Numbered from the stretch's first letter, positions 1 through 13,145 are shown. The stretch is 64,000 nt of DNA from Octopus sinensis (GCF_006345805.1 NC_043001.1:105958001-106022000); one strand, 5' to 3'. The notes: generated by a model not told the origin, from the sequence alone. A program made the numbers and translations.

Positions 1-815
1 CGTTTGTTTTCAATGTCCTCAGCTGCTTTCTTAATTGTATCACTTTGTGCTGTGCAGTTGTTGATTTCTACTCGTAGATCTTTGTCTGTTGGTTATTCTT
101 AACATATCGAATGCTGCGGTTGATTCTTGTTGTTGTTAAGCAACAAGACAGGTAAGGGTGATTTCAGTGCGTCCGTTCTGTGGGTTGGGAGACGTCTGAC
201 AGGTCGGGAGCGGAAGTCCACTTTTCCCAGATCTGAAGGACAAGGAGAGGGTCACTGGCCAGAGTGACTGGGAGGGTTCTGTCTATACCTCGTTCGATCT
301 TGTAGAGCCAGTACCTGAGGTCCGGGTGAGTCTACTTGAAGTCTGCTGAGTGTTACCTGCTGCCTGGTTAGAGACGACGACGACGACGACCAATGCTGCT
401 GCTGATGCCAAAACTGCAGCAATCAATATCAATTGTTGTAGACCAATTGCTTGATTCGTCTCTTTCGATAAGCTCTTGTGTTTCTCCGTGACATCGGCTG
501 GTTTCTCAAATCCCATTCCATTTCAAACTGCTTGAACTCTCTGTTTGACATCTTTTGATTTTGTATTTTATTTTTGTTTTTCAGTTTCCGTTTCGTCATA
601 TCGATTTGGTATCTGGGAATAATCTTGTGTGGGGTTTCCTCGGTTTTCCCCACTTGCCCCCCCCCCCCCGCGTTGTTGCAGGAACAATGTAGGATACTCT
701 ACATATCATGTACTCTGATATGTAGGATACTCTGCATATCAAAAGCAAATGCTGCTGTGGGCACGGATAAGGTACCGGAAAGAGCAGGAATTGTTACTTA
801 AATCCTTATTTCATT
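1..815 (-). mobile_element. Possible 5' end (UTR plus decayed ORF start) of a non-LTR retrotransposon, truncated by the window edge
   Basis: GC-richer than its flanks. The minus strand gives a protein-like frame with few stops (...RTDALKSPLPVLLLNNNKNQPQHSIC*E*PTDKDLRVEINNCTAQSDTIKKAAEDIENK). The motif GTAGGATACTCT(A/G)CATATC is duplicated near 689 and 722. No diagnostic domain is visible, so the family is unassigned. Confidence 0.3.
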
Positions 816-1062
816 CTCATCGAATACATATGTTAAGGCGGAATGTTTCCCCACAAGCGAAGCATTCGATGTTCAGAGAATAGACAATACCACACGACAG
901 CGTCTGATGCAAGAATTTTCCCCATGACATTCATCTGTAACTAAAACACGGAATGCAATAAACAAAACAGTTTTTTGTTAATATTTTAAATATTTTTCTC
1001 CGCACTCATCGAAAACTGTCCTTTTACAAAACATTCTATCATAAAGACACAACTGAGGAAGG

Positions 1063-1275
1063 TTTCAAATTGCGGCACATGGCTAGCAAATTTGAAACAG
1101 AGAGTAAGTGTTTTCATAACGCCCAGCTTTCAAGTGGTGTTTATGTTATAGATCTTAAGAAAAGGTGAAAGACAATTTCAACATGGCCGAAACTTTAACG
1201 CAGAACGTGAAGCCGGATGAAATGTTAAAAAGTATTATGTTCAGCGTGCTAACAATTCCGCTTGCTTGTCGCCTT
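1063..1275 (-). mobile_element. Degenerate tRNA-derived SINE, family B
   Basis: Aligns by eye with the better copy at 5611-5824 (cagaacgt...cagcgtgctaac...gcctt). Confidence 0.6.
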
Positions 1276-1292
1276 GAAGAGCTCAGTTTCTA

Positions 1293-1505
1293 GGGCGACG
1301 AGCTGCCAGAATCGTTTGCACTCCGGGCAAAATTCTTACAGTATTTCGTCCACCACTACATTCTGAGTTCCAATTTTGCAGAGGTCAAATTTGCCTTTCA
1401 TCCTTTCGGGGTCAATTAGACAAGTACCAGTAACGCACTGGGATGGATGTAGTCGAATTAATCCGTTTCCCAAAGTCTGAGGCCTTGAGGTTCCTGTAGA
1501 AATTA
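1293..1505 (+). mobile_element. tRNA-derived SINE, family B
   Basis: ggcgacgagctgccagaatcg...ttctgagttccaatt...tttgcctttcatcctttcggggtc...aagtaccag is the reverse complement of the 5611-5824 and 46243-46440 copies. Confidence 0.75.
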
Positions 1506-1611
1506 TTTTAGTAAGAGTTTCTAATTTCGCGACAACACCAGTAATTTTTTGTGGGTAGAGGCATTTGTAGAATTAATCGATAGTACCGATCCGAGTACTA
1601 GAATAATCTTA

Positions 1612-1890
1612 CATGTTTCAGTCATTAGACTGCGGCCATGCTGGGACACTGCTTTGAAGAACTTTAGTCAAACGAACCGACCCCATTACTTTGTTATATT
1701 TTGCCGAACCACTAACTAGCGAAGAAGTAAAACCTAACACCTGTTTTCAATACTCGGTCTACCAAATCCATTCACAAGGTTTTGGTTGGCCTGAAGCTAT
1801 TGTAGGAGTCACATGCCCAAGGTGGAATGCAAGGGACTGAACCCACGTGGCTGAAAAGCAGACTTCTTGTCGCACAACCAACAGCCCTTT
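1612..1890 (-). mobile_element. Degenerate, internally deleted SINE, family A
   Basis: gtttcagtcattagactgcggccatgctgg and gtctaccaaatccattcacaagg are reverse complements of parts of the full copy at 4370-4833. Confidence 0.7.
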
Positions 1891-2552
1891 GGAGATAAAA
1901 AGTAATTTGATCTCAGTGAGGTTTGAACTCAGAATCCAAAAAGCCAGCGGAAATGTCGTAAATAGATTTTTCTCACGCTTTGATACTTTTGCGAATATTC
2001 CATTTGCTGTACTTAATTATTCGGATACACATCTATAGACATTATTGAATATCATTATTTTTTCTCCCGAGAAATTAGTTCCTGCCCGTTTTCACAAATG
2101 AAAGCCTCAAATACAGAAGTGCTTACACTGAAATTAATGACAGAACCGTAATAAAATTCTGTTTCTTTATTGATGTAATGATGCTGTAATTACAAAACAC
2201 ATTATTTCAGAATTTTTCATTGATTTCGGTTTGTCTATTTTTAGGCTTCGCGAAATTAATTTCGAACTCTACAGTATTTCATGGGAAACAGTCTGGAACA
2301 ACTTCGGAGAAGACACTCAATGTTCATGCGATGATAGCAAGCAGATTAGAAAGATTGTTTAATCTCATGCTGAAATGAAGAGCTGATATAAAAACATATT
2401 AATGGATTTGTGGATGAATATGTCTACGTATATTATAATGTGTTATTTACTTTATATAATAAACGTATCTGTTACATTTATTACTTTACCTCTTTGAGAT
2501 TCTTAGCGATATATAATGTAGGAAATACTATACACACATATATGCAGACATA

Positions 2553-2608
<56 letters not shown>

Positions 2609-2615
2609 ATATATA

Positions 2616-2826
2616 CATTCAAGTACCTACATCTAATAAACTGTTTAAGTATCTTTCTATGTGTAGAAAGGCGCAGGTGTGGCTGTGTGGTAACTTGCTT
2701 GCCAACCACATAGTTCCGGGTTAAGCCCCACTGCTTGACACATTGGCAAGTGACATCCACTATTACCTCGGGCCGACGAAAGCCTCGTAAGTGGATTTCA
2801 TAGACGGAAAGTGAAAGAAACCCGTC

Positions 2827-2891
<65 letters not shown>

Positions 2892-3122
2892 TATATATAT
2901 ATTTATATACATTCAAGTACCTACATCTAATAAACTGTTTAAGTATCTTTCTATGTGTAGAAAGGCGCAGGTGTGGCTGTGTGGTAACTTGCTTGCCAAC
3001 CACATAGTTCCGGGTTAAGCCCCACTGCTTGACACATTGGGCAAGTGACATCCACTATTACCTCGGGCCGACGAAAGCCTCGTAAGTGGATTTCATAGAC
3101 GGAAAGTGAAAGAAACCCGTCG
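2616..3122 (+). repeat. Tandem duplication (units 2616-2827 and 2910-3122), each carrying a family A SINE head (2669, 2963)
   Basis: The two 212/213-nt units are identical except for one G indel (ttggc vs ttgggc) and are separated and flanked by (TA)n. Confidence 0.95.
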
Positions 3123-4369
3123 TATATATATATATATATATATATAGGTAACGTATGCTATAATTACAAACAGCAAATTTTAGCTATTTTTCCGCAGAAT
3201 GAAAAAAAAATGATGAACTGCCTTAATCAAATATTCGAACCTTATTGTCTTATCAGAAGGCGTCCACATTACTTTGGGAATCGCCAGAAAAACAAACAGC
3301 CAAACTGTTTATATACTGAACAAATGCAGCAGTTTCTCTATGAAGGTGTCTAATTTGCATACCGAAAATTTTTAACACTATGAATACCAGCGGCCTGTTA
3401 ACGAGGATCTTAATCCACACATTATCAACATGTGATGTAGTATATACGTAACATATGGTATAATTATAAACAGGGAAAATTTTAACCGTTTCTGAGCAGA
3501 CTGAATAAATGAAGAACAACCTTAATCGATTTTCGAACCTTATTGGGTTAGAGAGGCACATACGTTCACACACGTTCGTACATATTTACATGTGTTTGTT
3601 ACAACTGCCTGGATTTCTCGATTATCCCTCTGAATATTATTTTCATTATATGATATTCAAGCAAAGGCGGGACTCGAAGCAATACAACATCCCAGGGACA
3701 ATTACCTCAAATCAAAGTTTGACCTTCGAAAATGATTGAAAATTAAAGTTTTTATATGAATATGTGTGTGTATGTGAATGTGTATGTATATTGGTGTGGG
3801 TTTTGTAAGATGGCCGCTTAATATTGGACTGCTTATCATTGTACTAGATTTAATAAGGATAATTGGTGTCTGACGCTTCATTCTCGTTACATGTATTGCT
3901 TGAATGACCTAAGGATTGAACTCACGCCTGCTAAATATGCTTCTCTCAAACACATCCATTTTCCATATGTTTACTTTCTCGCTCTCTCATATTTTCGTAG
4001 GGTGAGTAATGAATCGAAATTAACAGCTAAGGTCAAGTATTTTAACTTACAATTCTTCGTGGAGTTTGAGGAGAATTTCGAGGCAGGCTCTTACTTGGGA
4101 GGGGATTCGTGATAACCGATGACTGAAATGTTAGTTACAAAATGAATACTAAACCGAACACAACCATTCCTAAATAGAATAACATAAGCCGTGTATAAAA
4201 ACTGTATTCATCACTATCTAAGTCTTGCAAACATGAATTTGATTGGGTCAAAGGATTGAAAAGTGTTGAAAGCTAATAGTATAATGTAATGCGCTCAACA
4301 TTGCTCAATGAAAAAAAAAATTAATATCAGCAAGTGCTGATTAATTACTTATGTTCACAAAATGCTAAC

Positions 4370-4535
4370 AGACGCAGAAGTGGCTGTGTGGTAAGTAGCT
4401 TGCTAACCAACCACATGGTTCCGGGTTCAATCCCACTGCGTGGCATCTTAGGCAAATGCCTTCTGCTATAGCCCCGGGCCGACCAATGCCTTGTGAGTGG
4501 ATTTGGTAGACGGAACCTGAAAGAACCCTGTCGTA

Positions 4536-4613
<78 letters not shown>

Positions 4614-4833
4614 TTGTGTGTCTGTGTTTGTTCCCCTACCATTGCTTGACAACCGATCCTGGTGTGTTTACGTCCCCGTCACTTAGCGGTTCGGCAAAAA
4701 GGGACCGATAGAATAAGTACTGGGCTTACAAAAAGAATAAGTTCCGGGGTCGAGTTGCTCGACTAAAGGCGGTGCTCCAGTATGGCCGCAGTCAAATGAC
4801 TGAAACAAGTAAAAGAGTAAAAGAGTAAAAGAG
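4370..4833 (+). mobile_element. Full-length composite tRNA-derived SINE, family A
   Basis: A-box-like tggctgtgtggtaag, B-box-like ggttcaatccc, internal (TA)n(TG)n, then a 3' module ending in (gtaaaaga)n. Many homologous copies occur in the window. Confidence 0.9.
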
Positions 4834-5434
4834 ACGTTCTCCTCAAAATCCAACAAATCCGTTCCGAACACTTATTAAATCCGCGTTTTGCAATTTCAAA
4901 ATGTTACTGCTTATTTAGTGTATAAGTCTTATGGAATATAGCATAGTATTTATGTTTTAATATTACGACGAAACATCTGAACATGTCGACGTAACTGACA
5001 GAAGATAAGTCAGTAAGTAGATAAACATCATGTCGGATGACAAAATAGATATTTCATGATAGCTTACATACTGTAGGATGTGTTAAACAGTGAAAAAAGG
5101 AAAAAAAAAGAAAAGAAACTACCTGTTATATTTAATATCAGACAGTTTCACTGAGATTAATTTACAACATTTCTCGATGTATTAGAAATCTCCTTATAAG
5201 AGCATTAGAGTTGGTGATAAAATAAATAACAAGTTTTACGATTCACAAATATGCGATCGACAAAGCAGATATCGCGGTAAACTAATATTCCAAAGATTTC
5301 GCACTTACTTATAATACGCAGCAGTCGCCTGATTTGTGTTTTTATCTGTATACAGCGTTTCCATTTCTATCCAAAGCTAAAGAATTCGCAATAGTCTAAC
5401 TCAAATTCATATCATATAATTTGGAGATTCGCAA

Positions 5435-5436
<2 letters not shown>

Positions 5437-5514
<78 letters not shown>

Positions 5515-5518
5515 TTGA

Positions 5519-5559
<41 letters not shown>

Positions 5560-5590
5560 ATGGTGGTGGTAGTAGTTGTAGTTGTGATGA
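5437..5590. repeat. (TAG)n/(TGG)n microsatellite
   Basis: Direct reading; source of the poly-T and poly-L ORFs. Confidence 0.95.
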
Positions 5591-5610
5591 CAATGATTGA
5601 AATAATAGTT

Positions 5611-5824
5611 TCAAATTTTGCCGCAAGGACAGTAAGATTCGGGGTGGAGGGGATGAGTCGATTTTTTTCGACCCAAGTGTTCAACTGGTACTAAATTTGT
5701 CAATCTTGAAGGGATGAACGGCAAAGTCGACTTCGGCAGAATTTGAACTCAGAACGTAGCGGTGGGCGAAACACCGCTAAGTATTTCGTTCAGCGTGCTA
5801 ACGATTCTGGCAGCTAGCCGCCTT
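5611..5824 (-). mobile_element. tRNA-derived SINE, family B
   Basis: ggcaaagtcgacttcggcagaatttgaactcagaacgtag...gcgtgctaacgattctggcagctagccgcctt; the minus strand carries gttctgagttcaaatt (B-box-like). Confidence 0.85.
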
Positions 5825-5864
5825 AACAATGATAGTAATAATAGTAGCAGAAACGATGATAGGG

Positions 5865-6095
5865 AGGTGGTGCTGGTGGTGTCGGTGGTTGTGGCGGTGG
5901 TGGTGGTGGTGGTGGAGGTGGTGGTGGTGGTGATGGTGGTGGTGGTGATGGTGGTGGTATTGGTGGTGGTGGATGTGGTGGTGGTGGTGGTGGTGTCGGT
6001 GATGCTGGTGGTGTTGGTGGTTGTGGTGGTGGTGGTGGTGTTGGAGGTGGTGGTGGTAGTGGTGGTGGTGGTCGTGATGGTGGTGGTGGTAGTAA

Positions 6096-6148
<53 letters not shown>

Positions 6149-6175
6149 TCAGCAGCAGCAACAGCAGCAGCACCA
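5865..6175. repeat. Compound (GGT)n-(TAG)n-(CAG)n microsatellite
   Basis: Direct reading; source of the poly-V, poly-P and poly-T ORFs. Confidence 0.95.
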
Positions 6176-6589
6176 TATATTGTCTGGGAAATTTTCATGA
6201 ACACCAGATGGTATTTCCTTGCATATATCTTACCATCAAATAAATGTTTACTTGTATTGTTGTGTTCTTTGTCGGAAAGTCGAAGTTAAAGAAAAATATA
6301 TATTGTTTTTTTATTGTTGCAGATCATTCTTAGGCTAAGACCATTACAGAAAGCACAAACAAAATAAATACATTAGATACAGGCATATCAGAAAGATTTC
6401 ATTACTTGTGTTCAAAGATTCATTTGGTAAACATGTGATATTCGCTTCAATCCACACTGCAGGGAAATAATCAACCATTTTCTCACGGTGTACGTATAAA
6501 CTTAATATATAAGGGGGTCAAATCGTACAGTGTAGCACTTACCGGAAATCTGTTGGAACGACAATTATCTTTTATATTTCATTTTTTTA

Positions 6590-6808
6590 CTTCTTTCGTC
6601 ATTAGACTGCGGCCATTCTGGGGCAGCGCCTTATAGATACTGTCTGTCGAATGAATCGCCGCTAGTACTTTATAAGACTAGTATTTATACTATCCGGACT
6701 TTCCGTCGAACCACAAAGTCCCAAAAACATAAACAGTCCAGCTCCTATTGTTAACCGATGGGGGAGAAGAAACACAGCTCCCAAGACACACGCACACACA
6801 CAGACACA

Positions 6809-6849
<41 letters not shown>

Positions 6850-6870
6850 CACACACACACACACATATAT
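6590..6870 (-). mobile_element. Family A SINE 3' module plus (CA)n
   Basis: gtcattagactgcggccattctgg...aaacacag followed by (CA)n. Confidence 0.6.
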
Positions 6871-6975
6871 ATATATAATATATATATATATACATATTAG
6901 AGGAAAAACCACTATGTGGACACCCTTATGCAAGAAATAGATCCGCTATGGTCTTACTTCTAAGAAATGTTCTCA

Positions 6976-7333
6976 ACAAAAATTTAGCAAAACAACCAAA
7001 ACGTAATCTAGCAAGACAAAAGAAAAAGCAATACAAATATGGATTATTCGCATACATGTTTCACTATTAATATATTATCTAATTTTACTTACATAAATGT
7101 CCGTAGATCATCGGTGCGACCGTCCAGATGAATATAATTTGCAGGACTGCATACTCAGACGTCCGCACAAAGTCAGACTGTTTTACAAGTCTGACCGATG
7201 ATCTAAGGACTTTTATGTAAGTAAACGTACGCAATATGGTAATAGTGAAACATGTATGCGAATAATCCATATTTTTATTGCTTTTTTTTTTGTCTTGCTC
7301 GATTACGTTTTGGTTGTTTTGCTAAATTTTTGT
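6976..7333. mobile_element. Fold-back / MITE-like element with 140-bp inverted arms
   Basis: 6976-7115 is the reverse complement of 7194-7333 apart from a few point mismatches and one 14-nt mismatched patch; 78-nt spacer; no TSD seen. Confidence 0.8.
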
Positions 7334-7558
7334 AAAATAATTTTACCATGAACAACAATTTAGTACCGGTTTCAGTCATTGCGACTTTTCCAATTTTTTC
7401 AGTAAACTATGAAAAACAATTAAATTGTGAAAAAATTAAATGAAATGATTTTTAAAATATATATATCTCCATAGTTTTCAAATGCAAAGTATAGCTTGAG
7501 ATGAATTCTTGTCTTTCATTGTTTAAGCAGCAGTAGTAGCACAGAAAGGAGGTGACAG

Positions 7559-7630
7559 AGAAGAAGAAGAAGAAGAAGAAGAAGAAGAAGAAGAAGAAGA
7601 AGGTGGAGGAGGAGGAGGAAGTGGAGGAAG
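7559..7630. repeat. (GAA)n/(GGA)n microsatellite
   Basis: Direct reading. Confidence 0.95.
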
Positions 7631-8528
7631 TTGTCTGTTCAGAGCCTTGTAACTTGCTATTTGCCCATGACACAATGATCCACTGATTCTGCTTCTACTC
7701 TTTAAGACGACCTTTATTATACATGAAACAGATTTTTGCAGCCGAAACTGATAAAATATATTTCATATCGATAATTATGTTACTATGTGTCCAGTATCAA
7801 TTTCTATGTAAAGACTTGCTTCACGAATCTCTGTGGTTGCAGCACAAGCCTGGAGTATGATTGTTATATTGCTATCGTAATCCTAAGTATATTATATGTG
7901 TGTATATTATATGGGTGTATGCGTGCTAATAATCTCTTACAAAAAATGGATAACTAATATTATTGTTATGTGATTTTTCTGTTTCATGTATTTTTTCCAA
8001 CAAAATATTTTACTATGATAAGAAATGTTTAACAAACCTACAGTTTCTCATTTCAAAATCAATATGTTTAAAAGTCTTGTTGCATAACACGTGACAATAA
8101 ACAAAAAAAAATTAGATACTTATAGATATATAAATATACACAGTGTAATTCATAAACTAATAAACAGGCTTGCTGTTTCGAATTAAAATATTAAAATGAG
8201 ATCTTCAAATAAAAAACAACATAGGTTTTAAAATTGATATTTTTTTTCAATTCCTATCACGTATGATATTTCGACAGCTACATGGTAATGCCATTAAGAT
8301 GATTAAAATAATGTAATCAAAATAACATTTCTTTCCCGAAGAAAGTATTTCATGATTTACTTTCGCCTACAAAAGTAAATTATACATGATAATTGATAAA
8401 TTGCAATAAAATAAATAGAGTAAATATGTATAAATATACTCAAAATACATAGTTACATTCACGAACACAGGATTTCAAAATATACACGCATAAACACACA
8501 AACACGCAAAGATGTACATACGTGTGAG

Positions 8529-8559
<31 letters not shown>

Positions 8560-8560
<1 letters not shown>

Positions 8561-8587
8561 ATAATAATAAAAATAATAATAATAATA

Positions 8588-8642
<55 letters not shown>

Positions 8643-8645
8643 GTA

Positions 8646-8704
<59 letters not shown>

Positions 8705-8747
8705 TATAATAATAATAATAATAATTTTAATAATAATAATAATAATA
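8560..8747. repeat. (AAT)n microsatellite
   Basis: Direct reading; source of the poly-N ORF. Confidence 0.95.
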
Positions 8748-9001
8748 TGAGGGAATATTATTCCAAACTTACAGGAAAAAATTTAATTCAGAAATACTAA
8801 ATCAAATTTCACAAAATATAATATATATATCTTATATTTTCATAGTGACGTATAAGTACATAAGTGGGTCCGCGAGCGCACATGTGAGCGTATGAGTAGC
8901 CATGTTTACGTGTTTACTATGAACTTTTAATCTTAATTTATATAAGTAGCAGAATTTCCCTTTATATAACAGTATTCTTTCATAGCGTTTTTCAGATGGC
9001 C

Positions 9002-9064
9002 AGATAACCGAAGAGATGGTGTTGTGGATTTCCACTTCGGCATCTGAAACTCGGAGTTTTATCT
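9002..9064 (+). ncRNA. Type-I hammerhead-like motif, variant core (CCGAAGA), in a probable Penelope-type repeat end (~8860-9168)
   Basis: AGAUAA | CCGAAGA | GAUG...CAUC | U GAAA | C UCGGA G U U | UUAUCU. Stem I 6 bp; stem II closes with GAUG/CAUC around an inner GUGGA/UCCAC; near-palindromic stem III ACUCGGAGU. Confidence 0.45.
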
Positions 9065-9163
9065 TGACTATTGAGTAATTGTAACATATTAATGTATAGG
9101 GAATTTCCTCTATTTGCATAATATTGAGGTCCCTTTCTTTCTTTTGTTATCTTACCGTTTTTA

Positions 9164-9230
<67 letters not shown>

Positions 9231-9365
9231 TAGAAAAAAAAACAGCTTTATCAATTCAATAATGAAAAATTAGGTTTTAACTTTTACAAGAATTACATAT
9301 TATAGAAAGATTATATATATATATATATATATAGTGAGAGAGAGAGAGAGAGAAAGAGAGAGAGC

Positions 9366-9401
<36 letters not shown>

Positions 9402-9761
9402 GTAGTGAGGGAAAGAGTGCGTGGATTTTCATGTACAATTAGATGAACGACTGCTACTATTGAGTATGTATAGATCTCCACGTAGATTAATATCATCCAG
9501 TCTTTTTCATGTATTGTAGTTTATCTAGCACTATACCTTAAAGCATTTCTGCGTTTGATATACGGAGCAAATTTAGAAATTACTTTAGACACGCGATTAT
9601 ATCGTTTGTTTCTATTTACATTGACCTTTGTAAGACGAAGCAGCACCAAAGTTGTCCCCGTGATTACCAGTGGTTCATTATCCAGTTATGCTTTCAACAA
9701 CCAATGCTGCGTTCCAAACAGCCAGAATAATAAAACAGACATAAATGCACATATTATTATT

Positions 9762-9859
9762 GTGACGTAGTTGTTAAGAACGAGGGCTAATAACCCCAAA
9801 GTTCAGAGATCGATTTCAGGCAGTGATAGGATGATAATAATAATAATAATAATAATAAC

Positions 9860-9898
<39 letters not shown>

Positions 9899-10093
9899 TT
9901 TAACATCGAAATATTAACACACCTTAGGAAGAGAACCAGGTTCGAAATTTCCCCAATACACCTGATGAAGCCTTGGGGGGTATATCAGCGGAAACTTTGT
10001 GTCAACAACAAAAAAGATGAAGACACATATTCATCAATTTTAAATAATGTAAAAAGTATACATAATTTCTCATCTCTTAAATATAGAACTGTA
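9762..10093 (+). mobile_element. Degenerate family D SINE: tRNA-like head, (AAT)n, Penelope-type tail with a decayed hammerhead (9956-10003)
   Basis: Collinear with 53672-54022 (aacatcgaaa...ccaggttcgaaatttcccc...cctgatgaag...ctcttaaatatagaactgt). Confidence 0.75.
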
Positions 10094-11564
10094 GATATTT
10101 CTCTCTTAACGTTACAAATGACTTGACGGGATGCTGATACAATCATTCCAAAAATGAAACTATATTTCTTTTCCATGAACTTAGGATACTGCAGCTCCCC
10201 GTAGATCTTATGGATATCATCAATGACATGAGTCAAAACGTTTCTATTCAATATAAACTGCAATGTATTTTTAACCGAGAGGAGATTAAAGGCGAAGATG
10301 AAGTATTCACTTCATATAACATCACGAGTGACATGTATTTTCTTTCATATTTCCCAAGATCTAGTATTGCAAAGATATTTCGACCTCCTGTCAACAAATA
10401 CTTTTCCTGCTAAACGCACGAACAGAAAAGGCTTTGAAACGATTTAACATGAAAACATAAACGCGAAAAGTCAATTGTATCTTTAATACGTGATGCAAGA
10501 GGAAGAATATTACAATGAAATTACTCTGAGCATCGACACGGTAATATTATTTTTTGACACTATTTACATGAAAGGAAAACTGAAGCTACGATAAAATTTC
10601 ATCCCGGAATACAGGGAAACATAACCAGATAATAAAGACAACGTTACGCAAATCACACACTTGTAGTCTATGCGTGCGGTCAGTTTTGGATTCGTACGTT
10701 GACAAATGGACGTAAAACCTTTTACGAAAGTAACAGGCATCATGGGAAAAAACTGAAGATATTAAGTTGCCATTGATATACACTCAGATGGTTTTATCAA
10801 ATAAACATACTGCATTTTAAAAGATTCTGATATAAGATCATTGACCTAACACATTGTGTCTGTTCATTCCTTCAAGTTCCATAATTAGAGCTTATTTTTT
10901 GAGGCTCCATAATATAAAATATACTGTACCAGTTGTGCTAGACCACAGTTTCGAAAATAAAAGCATCGCTGGGTTACTAGGTCGACTAAATTCACTATAG
11001 GCCAGTCTGCATAAACAAATGAGATATAGAACTCGTTATGAGCAGTGTCAAAAATAATTTTAGTCGTATTACACCAATCAGCAGAAGCGGCAGCAGCGCA
11101 GCTGAGATTATTCTAATAAAACGTACGAGGAGGAGTGGAAACCGCTCCATTCAGAGGAGTAATATTGCAGTGATATTAGTAAATTTATTTTATTTAGATT
11201 TTATGGTGGTGCGCAGAAAATATATTAATTATAATTTGATCAAAAGTTTACCTACCAAATTTTATTTCATGTGTTATTGCTTCAAGGTTTAGTAACTACG
11301 TTTGAATTCTACTTCTTTTATTGCCTTAAGAGATAACTTTCGTTCAGTATACATGCACATATATAAATACATATATAAATACATATATACATATATAAAC
11401 CCACACATACATTTATATATGTGTTTGTATGTATGTATGAATTTATTTATACATACATTCATATATTTATATAAGTGTGTGTGTATGCATATATGTATAT
11501 ATGCAAGTATGCAAGCATATTTAGGTACCTTTCTTTCTCTCTCTCTCTCTATGTATATGTGTGC

Positions 11565-11611
<47 letters not shown>

Positions 11612-11649
11612 TACATATATATACATGTATATACATATATAAACATACG

Positions 11650-11709
<60 letters not shown>

Positions 11710-12479
11710 CATGTGTGTTTGTTTACTATTGCTATGGAGTTTTATTATTTTAGCTGCAGCGCTTTCTAGAACTATGAAAGTTTCTGAGAAGTAAAAAGAA
11801 GGAATTAACATAATGAAAAAAGACATGAAGAACATCGAAGAGACCATTATGTGGCTAATAATTTGCAGTATTGTGGTAATACGCCAAAATTTCTTTACTT
11901 TTTGGAACTGTTTCAGGAAGAAGCAAATATAATGTAGAACAGCCAAAACAAAAAAATAAAAACAATAGACAAAAAGGAGTTTAATAATTCAGAGAATTAT
12001 AAGTTGCACACCTTTTTTTTCCTCTGTAAATATTTCTCCTCAGAACACAATGTAATTGCAACTGTATTTATCCAGATATTTTCCTTCCTTTATTGCTTGT
12101 ATTTTTGTAGAGATAACTGGGAGACGAGGAGGGCGCTATTTTTATACATGATTCATATTACATTTTGCAAAGAATAGTTAATAGTTGGTATGACATTACA
12201 CTACTTGAATGCAATGAGATTTACTGGCATTTTCCTTGATTATGACATTCTGTGATATTTTGCGTCAGCAAATGCTTGTATGTGTGATGCTGTAATTGGG
12301 ATTGACATTTAACAAAGTTAACATGAAGGAGAAAAAAAATGGTTAATACGTGAAACAAAGTCAAAAAAGTAAAAGCGAAAGAAACGAGCCGGCAAAAACG
12401 ACAATCAAATATATTATTCACTAGGAAATCCGAAGATTACCGAAAACAAAGCTAAGTAACTATAACAACAACAACAACC

Positions 12480-12536
<57 letters not shown>

Positions 12537-12875
12537 GTAATAATAAAGTAGGAACAATAACAATAATAAAGCTATTATTACTTAGCATTAGACTTAAGTA
12601 TTCCTATTAAGAAAACACAAGTCGTTATAAGACTACGGCACAAAGAAAAAATCTAAAGGAGATGTAAAACATAACTGACGTTCTCTCAAGACAATGACAC
12701 TAATTATAAATCATCCTATTGTGAAGTGAAAACTTCTAGTGAATCCTACGCGATTTATAAATAGAAGTAGAAGGAAAGAGATTATACATGTCTATATCTA
12801 CATACTACATGCGCATATAAATATATATAAATTATATACACATACATATATATGTAAATGCATACACTCACACAC

Positions 12876-12922
<47 letters not shown>

Positions 12923-13107
12923 GAACGTTGGAATATATATATATATGTATATACACGTAGAACATTGGAATGAGTGCTCAAGACCGCATTGGTGGATAAA
13001 TAATTTATTTGTGAATTAATTCACAAACGAAGTAAATATATATATATTTGTGTGTATCTATTTATGTATAACTCTCTCTCACCCCCTCTCTCTCTCTCTC
13101 TCTCTCG

Positions 13108-13145
<38 letters not shown>

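Noticed and set aside
860-945. Minus-strand exon reading (D)ECHGENSCIRRC, EGF-like
   Set aside because: Wrong cysteine spacing, early stop, no donor.
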